NCBI GenBank assembly: GCA_964354805.1
Contig: CAYHBD010000016.1
Location: 101,472 to 165,471 of the forward strand
Reading direction: 5' to 3'
DNA length: 64,000 nt
Origin: an uncultured archaeon
GTDB lineage: Archaea > Iainarchaeota > Iainarchaeia > Iainarchaeales > GCA-2688035
The notes under the pieces are model-generated. The model was given only the letters and a program-made list of their open reading frames with translations, was not told the DNA's origin and searched no databases. The first letter of the stretch is position 1. Every line of letters begins with the position of its first letter. Of this stretch, positions 1 through 10,041 are shown piece by piece. Both the position numbers and the translations under genes were made by a program.

Positions 1-3000
1 GGATTGCATACGAGGACATTGGCGGCCTTGACGAGCTGATTCAAAAGGTTCGAGAAATGGTTGAACTGCCGATGAAGCACCCTGAGTTGTTCAGAAGGCT
101 TGGCATTGTTCCGCCCAAGGGCGTTTTATTGCACGGCCCTCCCGGCTGCGGAAAAACACTGCTTGCAAAAGCTGTTGCAAACGAAACACAGGCGCACTTC
201 ATTTCAGTGAATGCCCCTGAAGTAATGTCAAAGTATGTTGGGGAAGCAGAAGAGCGCATTAGGCAGATGTTCAAGGACGCCGAAGAAAACGCGCCAAGCA
301 TTATTTTCATTGACGAGATTGATGCAATCGCGCCAAAAAGAGAGGAAGTGATTGGGGAAGTGGAGCGAAGGGTTGTTGCCCAGATTCTTGCTTTGATGGA
401 TGGCCTTGAGGCAAGGGGCAATGTCATTGTTATTGCTGCGAGTGTAACTGGTGACACTCCTGTGTTGGTTAAGAAGGGGGGTGTTATTCAACTAGCTACA
501 ATTGGGGAAGTGGTTGACCCATATTATGCGGATGGGGGGGAAGGCATCCAAAAAGACGCCAGCGACTTGGAAGTTCTTGGGATGAAAAAGTTGGTTGCCA
601 AACACAATTTGCCTTGGACTTGCTTTGGTGGAAGCAAATTCCAGCCGGTAAAAGCGGTGTTTAGGCATAGGGTTGCTGAAATTTATGAAATTGATTTTAA
701 TGGCGGAAAAATCAAGACAACCGGCAACCACTCAGTCTTTGTTAGAACTAGGAATGGCATTCGGGCTAAAAGAGTTGACGATTTGAGTTTGAATGATGTT
801 TTGGTTGATTTGCCATATAAGGTTAATCGGACTACCCCTGCTAAAATGGAAGTCAGGGCGCATGAATTCGCTTTGAGTGAAACTCCAATTAAACTTCCAG
901 TTTATGGCAGTGAAGTTCAAGAGATGTATGCATTGGCAGTAGCAAGACAAATTAGTCCACAGCAAGTTTCTAAAACAATGGGCGTTCATGTTACAACCGC
1001 GTATGGCTGGCAGCGGGGTGACAGAAAGCCAGACTTTTGCAGGTACCACGAGGCAGGCATCCCAAACGAAGTAATTATCACGCCTGAATTGATGAAATTG
1101 TTTGGATATTATGTTGCCGAAGGTTATGCCAGATCGGAACTTGATTTCTGTTTCGGCGCCAAGGAGACGCATTTAATTGATGATGTTAGGAGTTCCATGA
1201 AATTAGTTTTCAATGTTGAACCTGATTCAATCATTGTTACAAATAATCGTTGTAACATTGTTTATCACAAAAAACCTTTGGCAGATTTTTTTGCAAGGCA
1301 TTGCGGTAAGGGTGCCCGCAACAAAAGGCTTGCCTCATTCTTTTTCGAACTACCCAAAGAATATTTCCTAAGCTTCTTGCAGGCATACATTGACGGAGAT
1401 GGTTACGAAGACAAAAACGGAAGGCTGGAGGCAACATCAGTAAGCAAATCGCTTATCTGGGAACTGAACTGGCTTTGCAGGATGCACGGAATCAAATCCT
1501 ATATTCACCAGTTTACCGCCAAAGAGGGAAGAACAATTAAAGGCGGAAAACCATTGAAAAAGACACTCGCATATCGCTTAGGTATCGGGAAAACCAACAA
1601 TCCGTTCAGACTTTGCAAAAAAGTGCCGGCTCAAGGCTTGGCCAGAATTAAAAAAATCGCCAAAAAACAGTTTGACGGTTTCGTTTACGACCTGTGCGGT
1701 TGTGAAGAGGAAGCATTTTTTGGTGGTGAAGCCCCCATTTTGCTCCACAACACAAACAGGGTTAATTCAATTGACGAGGCATTGAGAAGGCCGGGCAGAT
1801 TTGACAGGGAGATAGAGTTCCCTGTTCCTGACAAGGAAGCGAGGAAAGAGATTCTCGCAATTCATACAAGGGGAATGCCTATCCACCCGCCGCTTGATTT
1901 TGAGTATTTGCGCGAGCTGGCTGAAAAAGAGAACGGCAAGTTTTTGTCAAAGCAAACAATGGAGCAATTGGCAAAGCTGGTGAAAAAACCAGGCGATGAA
2001 AAAGAATTCTTTGCCTCTTTGGATGAAAAGGCAAAGGCAGAGGTAACAGAAGCCCTCAGGGACAAAATGCTTGAATACTTTGCTTCAATAACACACGGCT
2101 TTGTCGGGGCTGACCTTGCTGCTTTGGCAAAAGAGGCAGCAATGAAGGCGCTGAGGCGCTATCTGCCAAAGATTGATTTGGAGGATGAGAAAATCCCCCC
2201 TGAATTATTGGAATCAATGGAAGTCAACAAAAGGGATTTCATTAATGGATTGAAGGATGTTCAGCCAAGCGCACTGAGGGAAGTGACGATTGAAGTTCCG
2301 AATGTCAAATGGGGGGACATCGGTGACTTGGAGGATGTAAAAGAGGAACTGAAGCAGGCTGTTGAATGGCCTTTAAAGCACCCCGACAGCTTTAAAAAAA
2401 TGGGCATAAGGCCGCCCGCCGGTGTGCTATTGTTCGGGCCGCCTGGTTGCGGAAAAACACTGCTTGCAAAAGCTGTTGCAACTGAAAGCGAGGCAAACTT
2501 TATTTCGATCAAGGGCCCGGAACTTTTGTCGCTTTGGGTTGGAGAATCGGAAAGAGGAGTTCGAAAGGTTTTCAGGAGAGCGCGGCAGGTTGCCCCCTGC
2601 ATTGTTTTCTTTGACGAAATTGATTCAATTGCAGGCAGAAGAGGCATGGGCGCAGACAGCCATGTGACAGAAAGGGTTGTAAACCAGCTGCTTACAGAAT
2701 TGGATGGAATTGAGCAGAACAGAAACGTTGTTTTTCTGGCTGCAACAAACAGGCCTGACCTGCTCGATCCTGGCCTGCTTAGGCCAGGCAGAATAGACAA
2801 GCTGATTAAGATTGATGCACCGGATGAAAAAGGCAGGCTTGCAATATTCAAGGTTCACACAAAGAATGTCAGCCTTGCAAAGGATGTTTCTCTTGAAGAG
2901 CTTGCAAAGAAAACAGCCGGCTTCAGCGGAGCAGACATTGAAGGGCTTGTAAGGGAGGCAGCTTTGATTGCATTGAAGGAAAACAAGCTGGTTCCAAAGC

Positions 3001-3128
3001 CAGTTGAAAAAACTCACCTTGAGCAAGCGCTTGCGGAAGCGAAAGCAAGCATTTCCCCAAAGGTTGAAGAAGCATACGAAGAATTCGAAGAGCACCTCAG
3101 CGAATTCAAGCCGAGCTACGTTGGTTAG
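1..3128 (+). CDS. cdc48: CDC48/VCP AAA+ ATPase, intein-containing, 5' end outside window
   Basis: Two AAA modules ([35 protein letters not shown]); frame is open from the window edge (IAYEDIGGL). Confidence 0.97.
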   Translation, partial: IAYEDIGGLDELIQKVREMVELPMKHPELFRRLGIVPPKGVLLHGPPGCGKTLLAKAVANETQAHFISVNAPEVMSKYVGEAEERIRQMFKDAEENAPSIIFIDEIDAIAPKREEVIGEVERRVVAQILALMDGLEARGNVIVIAASVTGDTPVLVKKGGVIQLATIGEVVDPYYADGGEGIQKDASDLEVLGMKKLVAKHNLPWTCFGGSKFQPVKAVFRHRVAEIYEIDFNGGKIKTTGNHSVFVRTRNGIRAKRVDDLSLNDVLVDLPYKVNRTTPAKMEVRAHEFALSETPIKLPVYGSEVQEMYALAVARQISPQQVSKTMGVHVTTAYGWQRGDRKPDFCRYHEAGIPNEVIITPELMKLFGYYVAEGYARSELDFCFGAKETHLIDDVRSSMKLVFNVEPDSIIVTNNRCNIVYHKKPLADFFARHCGKGARNKRLASFFFELPKEYFLSFLQAYIDGDGYEDKNGRLEATSVSKSLIWELNWLCRMHGIKSYIHQFTAKEGRTIKGGKPLKKTLAYRLGIGKTNNPFRLCKKVPAQGLARIKKIAKKQFDGFVYDLCGCEEEAFFGGEAPILLHNTNRVNSIDEALRRPGRFDREIEFPVPDKEARKEILAIHTRGMPIHPPLDFEYLRELAEKENGKFLSKQTMEQLAKLVKKPGDEKEFFASLDEKAKAEVTEALRDKMLEYFASITHGFVGADLAALAKEAAMKALRRYLPKIDLEDEKIPPELLESMEVNKRDFINGLKDVQPSALREVTIEVPNVKWGDIGDLEDVKEELKQAVEWPLKHPDSFKKMGIRPPAGVLLFGPPGCGKTLLAKAVATESEANFISIKGPELLSLWVGESERGVRKVFRRARQVAPCIVFFDEIDSIAGRRGMGADSHVTERVVNQLLTELDGIEQNRNVVFLAATNRPDLLDPGLLRPGRIDKLIKIDAPDEKGRLAIFKVHTKNVSLAKDVSLEELAKKTAGFSGADIEGLVREAALIALKENKLVPKPVEKTHLEQALAEAKASISPKVEEAYEEFEEHLSEFKPSYVG
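441..1751 (+). mobile_element. Intein (437 aa) with HTH and LAGLIDADG endonuclease in Cdc48 D1
   Basis: Interrupts VIVIAA|TNR; begins SVTGDT, block B TTGNHSVF, motifs LFGYYVAEG and [10 protein letters not shown], ends ILLHN followed by Thr. Confidence 0.95.
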
Positions 3129-3135
3129 ATGCCTC

Positions 3136-3714
3136 CTAAGGCGGGATAGGAACCATAAGCCACCCTATAATGGCTGAGAAGAAAACCGCTGCCCAAACAG
3201 AGGCGTTCCAGGCAAGAACTTTTTTTCCATCAAGTAACCAGACCGGCAGCATGTTGAACATTGCCAGGAAAAAATTGATGTAGGCAGTGTAGAAGAATAT
3301 CATGTTCAGCCAAGAGCTAAGGTTTAACAGCAGCAACAGAGAAAAAATAACCCCCAGTACAACGTTTATTGCTGGCCCTGCAACCGAAATTATTCCGTTT
3401 TGCCTTCTGTCCAAGTTTCCTAGAATGTATGTGGCGCCAGGCATTGCAAATATGAGTCCAATTAATGATAAAAAAACTGCAAAAATGAGACCCGGCTGCC
3501 AAGCCCTGTATTCTGAGTGAAATCCAAATTTTCTTGCGACGTTTCTGTGGGCCATTTCGTGTAAAACAAACGCTGTTCCAACACCAACCAAAGCCAGAGG
3601 AAACGCTTGGGGAAAGCCAGTTAGACCTAAAAACCCTCCGCTAAGGGCAATTGCAAACGCAACGCTCAGCGTCAGCCAGCTGATAATTAAATCGTTCCTC
3701 TCCCTTGCATTCAT
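3136..3714 (-). CDS. Site-2 protease (peptidase M50)
   Basis: HEMAH, AGP and NMLPVWLLDG motifs in a multi-pass membrane protein. Confidence 0.92.
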   Translation of the reverse strand: MNARERNDLIISWLTLSVAFAIALSGGFLGLTGFPQAFPLALVGVGTAFVLHEMAHRNVARKFGFHSEYRAWQPGLIFAVFLSLIGLIFAMPGATYILGNLDRRQNGIISVAGPAINVVLGVIFSLLLLLNLSSWLNMIFFYTAYINFFLAMFNMLPVWLLDGKKVLAWNASVWAAVFFSAIIGWLMVPIPP

Positions 3715-3763
3715 AAGCCTTTTTCACTCCGTGAAAAATCCTTGGGGAAAATCGCCTTTGGCA
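3715..3763. repeat. REP-like dispersed palindromic repeat, copy 1
   Basis: AAGCCTTTTTCAC-TCC-GTGAAAAATCCTTGGGGAAAATCGCCTTTGGCA; aligns with copies at 7113, 37166 and 42487. Confidence 0.75.
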
Positions 3764-3870
3764 TGCAAATTTTTTATTGAAAAAGAATTAAAAACCAAGC
3801 CGCTCATTTTCTTCGTTTTTTGCCGAATTAACTGCATGGTTTTTATATCTTGCCAAAGGGTGCTTTTTTT

Positions 3871-4074
3871 ATGGCTAAAATGTTTTCTTGGTTAAGGGAT
3901 TGCCTGCTGGACAGAAGGGCGCAGATTTCAGTGGAACTGATAATCATCATGGCGGCTGTTGTTGCACTGGTCCTGATGCTCGTGAGCCAGCTGCAGTCAA
4001 CAGGCACTGATGCAAATAAGAAAATTGGAGAGAAAGCCGAAGATGTCTTCAAGAAAATTGAGGAAATCAAATAA
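3871..4074 (+). CDS. Small class III signal peptide (pilin-like) protein
   Basis: RRA|QISVELIII prepilin motif followed by a hydrophobic helix. Confidence 0.85.
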   Translation: MAKMFSWLRDCLLDRRAQISVELIIIMAAVVALVLMLVSQLQSTGTDANKKIGEKAEDVFKKIEEIK

Positions 4075-4089
4075 AAACAGTGTTCCAAA

Positions 4090-4503
4090 ATGCACAGCAG
4101 CAGAGGCCAGCTTAGCTTGGAGTACCTGATTTTGTTGGCTGCTGTTCTAGCTGTTTTTGCCATGCTGCTGCCGCTTCTTAGCAGCATTTACTCGCACGGA
4201 TTGTTTGCCTTGGACTCAATCAACGCAAAGCAGTTCGCTGTTTCAATGCAGCAGCACGTTGACGAAATGCAATTTCAGGCGGACGGCGCGATTGCTTCAT
4301 TCAGCGTAAAACCGTTTAAAGTGTGGGGTATCAGGAGCGATGCCAAGCAATTCCTTGTCACAGTGCCTGACCCTGAAGGGAAGCCAAAAGAATTCGCAGT
4401 AAACTTTCCAAACGAAATCGAATTGCTGCCTGCGACAGTTGCAAAAGAAACGCATTTTGTGGTGCAAAAGCAATCAGGCAGAATCCTGCTTGAATACAAC
4501 TAG
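4090..4503 (+). CDS. Class III signal peptide (pilin-like) protein
   Basis: SRG|QLSLEYLILL motif. Confidence 0.85.
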   Translation: MHSSRGQLSLEYLILLAAVLAVFAMLLPLLSSIYSHGLFALDSINAKQFAVSMQQHVDEMQFQADGAIASFSVKPFKVWGIRSDAKQFLVTVPDPEGKPKEFAVNFPNEIELLPATVAKETHFVVQKQSGRILLEYN

Positions 4504-4836
4504 CTTTATTTCATGCCTCTGCATTAAGCCGTCAAAGAAAACGATTTCCGACGCAATGCCCGCCTTCCCCCCTTCTCCAACTGTTGTTTCAGTTCCGTCA
4601 AGAACGATTTTTCCGCTCACGCCGGGGAAAGCAAAGCGAAAATCCCCCTGCATTTGCCCTGCATTTAGACTGCTTCCCTGCATTTGCCAGATTGAAAGCA
4701 AATCGTTTTCCTTCTTGAAAACATGCAGGTCATTCAAATAACTGCTCTGCTGGGGCAAAGGAAAAGCAAGCAGCGATACAAGCAACGCCATTGACAGAAT
4801 TGCCTCAGCGCTCAAATAAAAGCCCTTATTTTTCAC
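4474..4836 (-). CDS. Class III signal peptide (minor pilin-like) protein
   Basis: KNKG|FYLSAEAIL motif; overlaps neighbours in an operon. Confidence 0.75.
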   Translation of the reverse strand: MKNKGFYLSAEAILSMALLVSLLAFPLPQQSSYLNDLHVFKKENDLLSIWQMQGSSLNAGQMQGDFRFAFPGVSGKIVLDGTETTVGEGGKAGIASEIVFFDGLMQRHEIKLVVFKQDSA

Positions 4837-5287
4837 ACACGCTCACCGCCACAAGCCCTTTCACGCCATTCAGCAAAACAAGCCTGTCCAAAGCAATACA
4901 GTTTTTGCCTGCAGGGCCCTCAAAAAAACCCTGTTCAATCCCAAACTCATCCTTAAAAGAAACCCTGCTGACAAAAAAGCCATCTTTCTCAAATTGCTCT
5001 GCCCTGCTGAGCAGAACGCTGTCCAAATTATTGCTCAAAACCCTGTGCTTCTCTGCATCAAACAAGGCGCTTCCAAGCAAGGGTTGCTCTGCATCATTGT
5101 TCTTAACCAGGCTGTCAGCCAAAAATATTGCGTTCCTCTGCAAATCAAATCTGTTGATTGATTCAACCTGCTGGTCCTTCAAAACGCTGGCATGCATCAA
5201 AATCAGCAAAACCATCAACAGCATTGCAATAAAAGAAACCGCCAAATCAATAGAGAAAATAAACCCACGTTCACCGGTAATGTTCAT
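4826..5287 (-). CDS. Class III signal peptide (minor pilin-like) protein
   Basis: ERG|FIFSIDLAV motif plus hydrophobic helix. Confidence 0.8.
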   Translation of the reverse strand: MNITGERGFIFSIDLAVSFIAMLLMVLLILMHASVLKDQQVESINRFDLQRNAIFLADSLVKNNDAEQPLLGSALFDAEKHRVLSNNLDSVLLSRAEQFEKDGFFVSRVSFKDEFGIEQGFFEGPAGKNCIALDRLVLLNGVKGLVAVSVCEK

Positions 5288-5675
5288 TTGGGGTTACCTC
5301 CAGCTTGTTGCCCTGCTCTCTTTCAACAGTCTTAAGCAGGGGCGCAATGCACTGCGTTTTCTTCATTTTTTCGCCTTCGCTGCTTTCAACCACGTTTTCA
5401 TTTGCACTGCAAGGCATTGCAGGCAGCAATTCTTTCACATTGCCACTGTACAAAGCGTCTGCCCCAATGCAGCAAAACTCAGTGGCAGCTTTTGCCTTGA
5501 GTGCGGCAACGGCATCCTGCGCCTCTGTGTTCATGTTGTTCACGCTGTGCAGCATTATCGCCAACAGCGCGAGAAAAACGCAGAAGCAAGCAATTGCCTC
5601 AAGCTGTAACTGGCCTTTTTTGTTGATACAAAAAAGCCCAGGGAAAAATTGCTTCGCTTGGCCCCTTTTGTTCAT
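5271..5675 (-). CDS. Class III signal peptide protein with doubled leader
   Basis: MNKRGQ...NKKG|QLQLEAIA. Confidence 0.75.
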   Translation of the reverse strand: MNKRGQAKQFFPGLFCINKKGQLQLEAIACFCVFLALLAIMLHSVNNMNTEAQDAVAALKAKAATEFCCIGADALYSGNVKELLPAMPCSANENVVESSEGEKMKKTQCIAPLLKTVEREQGNKLEVTPNEHYR

Positions 5676-6235
5676 CCAACCACCGTTGCTTTGATGCTAT
5701 ATCCCGGTGGCAGCCTGAACACTGTTTTTGTGTTATCTCCCGCAATTTCCGCCTCAATAAAATTGTTCCGTTGCAGGCCGCCTGTGAAATCGTATTCAGC
5801 CAGAACGGTTTTGCCCTTAATGCTTACTATGAGCGCTGTGCTGTTGTTGTTCAGAAAATCTTCAAACTGCAAGCCATCGCTTGTAGTGAATTGCATTTTT
5901 GTCTCAGCATCATATCCCTTGAATTGCACTTTTATTTTAGAATTGTATTCTTTCTCAGTTTCCGCAAACAATAGCACCAACTTTCCGTTCACAAAAAGCT
6001 TTAATTCCTCTTGCGGAATGTTCAGCAATATTGCCTGCTGCAGGCTTTCCCTGACCATTGCATCTGTATTGTTTTCAATGACTGTTCTGATGAAACTGGC
6101 TTTTTCGGCTTCGAATGCAATCGTTTTCCCCTGCGCAAGAATTTTGTCAGCTTCAATGCTTTCGTTCAAAAAATTTGTTTCCAGCGCTATTGCTGAAAGC
6201 AGCAAAAGAAAGCAAAAAATGCCCTTGTTGTTCAT
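5672..6235 (-). CDS. Class III signal peptide-like protein
   Basis: MNNKG|IFCFLLLL; first gene of an overlapping four-gene operon. Confidence 0.7.
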   Translation of the reverse strand: MNNKGIFCFLLLLSAIALETNFLNESIEADKILAQGKTIAFEAEKASFIRTVIENNTDAMVRESLQQAILLNIPQEELKLFVNGKLVLLFAETEKEYNSKIKVQFKGYDAETKMQFTTSDGLQFEDFLNNNSTALIVSIKGKTVLAEYDFTGGLQRNNFIEAEIAGDNTKTVFRLPPGYSIKATVVG

Positions 6236-6296
6236 CGTGCTCCCTGAAAAAATCAGGGCAAAGGAACAGATTTAAATAAGCAGGCAATTGCGTTAT

Positions 6297-7043
6297 TCAA
6301 CGAAATTGTTTCTTGGCCTTGCTTGCAGTGAACCCAATCAGCAATGCAACGACCACAATTGCTGCAACCAAAGCTGCAATTTTCAGCAAAGGTGCTTCAT
6401 ACTGTATTGCAGGGCATTGGGCGCTTGGGCATTGTATTGCGCTGCATTGTGTTTCAGCAGCTGGTGCCGTTGGCTGCTTTTCAATGCCAATTATTTCTAA
6501 ACCGTTTCCATCAGCCTCGCTTGTTTTCCCAGTTGCCGCAGGCGCGTTCTGGTCAGCCGCGGTTATGCCTATGACATTCTCGCTTTTACCTGCTTCTTTT
6601 TCTCCGCCGGCAGGTGCGGCAATGCATGGCACGGCATTGGGCGCTTCTGTTATGGTCGGCACCCTGCTTTCAGCCTGCAGCATTTGCCCTGGTGCTTGAC
6701 TGCCGACTGTTAAAAGCAATCCGTACAATAAGCCAACCATTACTACAGCGCTTATAGCCAAAACAATTAGGACATTTGCCGGCGCTTCTGTTGCGAAAAT
6801 ATTTTTTCCCTTTCTTGTGAGGGTGTAATACTTCCACTTCCTGCCTTCGTCCAGCCCTTCAATCAGCCCTGCCTGCTGCAGTATGTCCAGGTGCTGTTTT
6901 ATTGTCGGCGCAGCCATGTCCAGCTTTTTGCTTAACTCTGTAAGGGTGTGGTTTCTTTCCCGCAGCAGTTTAATCATTTCAGTCCTTGTTTCACTGGCAA
7001 GGGCTTTGAATTCGTTGTTTGAAATTGCAATAGAGCTATCCAT
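6297..7043 (-). CDS. Membrane-anchored ArsR-family wHTH regulator
   Basis: FKALASETR...LTELSKKL...TIKQHLDILQQAGLI...YYTLT, then TM, Ala/Pro/Cys linker and a second TM. Confidence 0.85.
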   Translation of the reverse strand: MDSSIAISNNEFKALASETRTEMIKLLRERNHTLTELSKKLDMAAPTIKQHLDILQQAGLIEGLDEGRKWKYYTLTRKGKNIFATEAPANVLIVLAISAVVMVGLLYGLLLTVGSQAPGQMLQAESRVPTITEAPNAVPCIAAPAGGEKEAGKSENVIGITAADQNAPAATGKTSEADGNGLEIIGIEKQPTAPAAETQCSAIQCPSAQCPAIQYEAPLLKIAALVAAIVVVALLIGFTASKAKKQFR

Positions 7044-7112
7044 TTCAGGCTGCACCCGATACAAAGGTATTTGCCTAAATTGCTTTAAATAGGTTTCATT
7101 TTTGTTAGGTAG

Positions 7113-7160
7113 AAGCCTTTTTGCTTCCGCAAAAAGCCTTGGGAAAAAGAGCCTTCGGCA
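7113..7160. repeat. REP-like dispersed palindromic repeat, copy 2
   Basis: AAGCCTTTTTGC-TTCC-GCAAAAAGCCTTGGGAAAAAGAGCCTTCGGCA. Confidence 0.8.
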
Positions 7161-7178
7161 GACCCTTGCACATTTCTT

Positions 7179-8936
7179 TTAGCATCCTGTTCCTGCTTTC
7201 CATTGCCTCATTTTCTGCATTAGTGTCAGCATGGTTATTTCTCCTTTTTTCCACTGCCCAATAAAGCCCAGCAACTCTGGCTCCCTAATGCATTGTTGAG
7301 TGCAGTCTGTTGGGCATGTTTCAATTGTTTCGCCTGCATCGCAAGTGCCGTTGCCGCAGCAGACATTGTCTTCGTCTGTTAATCCATCAAAGTCGTTGTC
7401 TTTGCTGTCGCATACTTCTTCAAGAAACTTGATTGCGCTTAATTTTTCGTTGATTGCATATTCAATGCTTGTATCAAAAACAATTGTGCCTCTTTGGTAT
7501 TTTCTGTACCATGTGCTGCCTTCTTTGTGGGGCTCTTCTAAAGGCAATCCTAACTTGTAACCATAAGTGAAGTAGTTAACCATTGGCTTGTCGTACTCGC
7601 TTGGATTGATGTAAATGTATGTGTTTTGGTTTCCAACTAAATGGGCAAAAAGCCAAATCTGGTAAGCTAGGGGGTTGTTGGCCTCTGCTTCGGAAAAGGT
7701 GCTTGCAACATAAAGTTGTTTTTTGTTGTTGTCGCCTAATCTTTTTGATTGGCGGTAATAAGCTTCAACATTGGCGTCTTGATTCCAGAAGCCGTTTTCA
7801 AACATTATCATGTCAAAACTATTTAAATTTTCTGTACTGCTGGTTAACCTATCCAAAAATGCGGTTAGGGTTATTTCCAGGTTGCCTGAGTCGGTTACTG
7901 TCCTGAATCCGTTTAATATAAGGCGGGTATTAGGTTTTGCTGCCTTTATTTCCTTAGCAATCAATATTACATTATCAATTAATTTGTTCCTCTGGTCGTC
8001 TATGCTTCCAGTGGAAATATACTTTCCAACATAATTAATCCAGTAGTCTGAGGGAATCCAATTATCCAAGAAAACATCATCATTCCCATACCGTGCCTGT
8101 CTTATTAATACGTATTCTACTGCGTATTCCCTTACAACAGAGTTGCTAAAGTTAAAGAACCATCTTCTTTCAGTTCCACCCCCACCTCTCCAATAAGTAC
8201 ATGCGGGCGTTTCATCGCACCCATATCCCCAAGGGTAAACAATAGTTTTCCCATTCCGGTAATCCTCGTCAGGGGAGTCTTTGAGAGGCTCGGTGTTGGT
8301 CTTGTTATCTTTCCAAATGGTATTCCCCCCAGAATCTGTTTGAACTCCATAACTGCATCCCCCTTCGCCAAACTCTTCTCTTTCTTGACACATTTTGTTT
8401 ATATCTGCTCTTTGAATAATGTCTTTTCTAACTTTCCCGTCTCCATCGGCATCATATTTTGTGAATAGAGCATCTATGTCTGATTGATCAAGTGCAACCA
8501 CATTAATTCGTTGTCGGTTTTCAGTGGCGGAAGGGTCGAAAAGGCTTTCTTTATCAAAACTACCGTGTGGGTGAATGTTGGTTGTTGAAATATAATGAAA
8601 AAAATCTAAGCCATTGTATCCGTTTCCAATAGTAAATTCTGTTCCCTGGATTTGCTCGGCATTTCCTTCGTAATACCTTATTTCGTAAAATTTTAGGATT
8701 TCATTGAAGTTTGTGTTCCCTAACTTGCTTCCGCAGTCGATCGCGCAGTTTTCGCTGTTTTCCCCTAATCCTGGTTCGCAGTTTTGGTTGCCGCATGCGT
8801 CCAGGGTTTCTTGCAGTTGGAGTGTGGAATGCTGTTCATTTTGTGGCGTTGTTGTTTCAGGTTGTTGGCTATGCGAATTTGAGTTTGCAAGCAACGCTAT
8901 TGCAAGAATAATGATAATTATTGATTTATGTTTCAA
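7179..8936 (-). CDS. Secreted putative glycoside hydrolase (GHL15-like) with conserved QWKxG tail (gene A)
   Basis: Signal peptide; FFNFSNSVVREY...DVFLDN, MFEN and KLGLPL...WYRKYQRGTI motifs; CGNG modules; shared tail. Confidence 0.65.
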   Translation of the reverse strand: MKHKSIIIIILAIALLANSNSHSQQPETTTPQNEQHSTLQLQETLDACGNQNCEPGLGENSENCAIDCGSKLGNTNFNEILKFYEIRYYEGNAEQIQGTEFTIGNGYNGLDFFHYISTTNIHPHGSFDKESLFDPSATENRQRINVVALDQSDIDALFTKYDADGDGKVRKDIIQRADINKMCQEREEFGEGGCSYGVQTDSGGNTIWKDNKTNTEPLKDSPDEDYRNGKTIVYPWGYGCDETPACTYWRGGGGTERRWFFNFSNSVVREYAVEYVLIRQARYGNDDVFLDNWIPSDYWINYVGKYISTGSIDDQRNKLIDNVILIAKEIKAAKPNTRLILNGFRTVTDSGNLEITLTAFLDRLTSSTENLNSFDMIMFENGFWNQDANVEAYYRQSKRLGDNNKKQLYVASTFSEAEANNPLAYQIWLFAHLVGNQNTYIYINPSEYDKPMVNYFTYGYKLGLPLEEPHKEGSTWYRKYQRGTIVFDTSIEYAINEKLSAIKFLEEVCDSKDNDFDGLTDEDNVCCGNGTCDAGETIETCPTDCTQQCIREPELLGFIGQWKKGEITMLTLMQKMRQWKAGTGC

Positions 8937-8980
8937 TTTAAATCAATCAAATAAGTGCTTTCTTTAATAAAAATTTAATT
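8937..8980 (-). promoter_or_regulatory. Conserved promoter/leader of the tail-gene family (A)
   Basis: AAATTTTTATTAAAGAAAGCACTTATTTGATTGATTTAAA before TTG; shared by genes A-E. Confidence 0.75.
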
Positions 8981-9046
8981 GAGGGGGCTTGTGGCTGGCA
9001 AAAGCACAGCTGGCAGTGCAGTTGTGCCCTGCAATTAAGTATTTAT

Positions 9047-9967
9047 ATGATTTTAATCAATTCATTAACTATGTTGTTTGATTTGAATTCAATGGTTTAC
9101 AATTCGCTTGATTATGCGGCAAGAGAGGTTGTGCCAAAGGCATTGCAGGGGGACATGGGGGCAATTGCTGCAATCGGCATAACTGCAATTGTCCTGATTG
9201 TTGCAGTAATTTTTTTTGTTGAATTGCCTGCGTGGATTCTGGGTTTGTTCAAGCGTTTCTTTTTGCTTGCATTACTTGCTGTTTCAGCTATTTTCTTTCT
9301 TTCCAGTTTCAATGAAAAATTGCTTTTAGGGCAGGCAGACGCAGTTATTGCAGCACTTGCTGTAATTGGCGTTCTTTCTGCTGTGATTGCTTTTGCGATT
9401 TTAATAATTTCAATCAAGCGCCAGGTGTTGAGGCCAAAGGCTGAAAAAATCAGCGAACTGAAGAAAAAGATGCTTGAGGCAGCTGCAGTGGAATTTAAGG
9501 GGGATGAATCTCAGTCTTTTGCTCCTGCCGAGGAAAAGCCGGCAATAACAATTGCTGCCACAGAGCAGCCTGTGAAGATTGCACTACCCATGAGGGCAAA
9601 AATTTTATCTTTTTTCAATGAAAAAAGCGCTTTGGCTGCATTCGCTTTTGTAATTGTTTTTGAGTTGGGTGTTAGCAGTGGCTTGGCTGTTTCAATGCCT
9701 GATGAAACAATTGCATTGGCTTTCCTGGGCTTTTGCCTGCTTGCTTCGCTTGTTTTCATTAAAGTTGCTTTCCAGAATTTTTTGCACGGATTGCGTTATT
9801 TGTTCTTCGCGCTTTTTTTCGGCTCGGCTTTCGCAATCGCGTTAGGCCACTTCTGGGCAGGCATTGCATTGCAGGAACTGCTTTCACTAGCCTTTTTCAA
9901 AACAAGCAGCTTTACTGCGCTGATAGCTGCACTGGTTGCAGGCATGCTGATTGGCTCAAAAGGGTAA
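9047..9967 (+). CDS. Multi-pass membrane protein, unknown function
   Basis: Two hydrophobic blocks separated by a charged linker. Confidence 0.7.
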   Translation: MILINSLTMLFDLNSMVYNSLDYAAREVVPKALQGDMGAIAAIGITAIVLIVAVIFFVELPAWILGLFKRFFLLALLAVSAIFFLSSFNEKLLLGQADAVIAALAVIGVLSAVIAFAILIISIKRQVLRPKAEKISELKKKMLEAAAVEFKGDESQSFAPAEEKPAITIAATEQPVKIALPMRAKILSFFNEKSALAAFAFVIVFELGVSSGLAVSMPDETIALAFLGFCLLASLVFIKVAFQNFLHGLRYLFFALFFGSAFAIALGHFWAGIALQELLSLAFFKTSSFTALIAALVAGMLIGSKG

Positions 9968-10041
9968 GCAGCTTGTATTTTCTTTCATATTTTTTGCCCA
10001 CAAATTAATCCTTCAAAATTTATAATCAAAAGAATGGGCAA

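Noticed and set aside
1880-2075. Second insertion in Cdc48 as a mini-intein
   Set aside because: No Cys/Ser start or His-Asn end; helical inserts at this position occur in other archaeal Cdc48 proteins.
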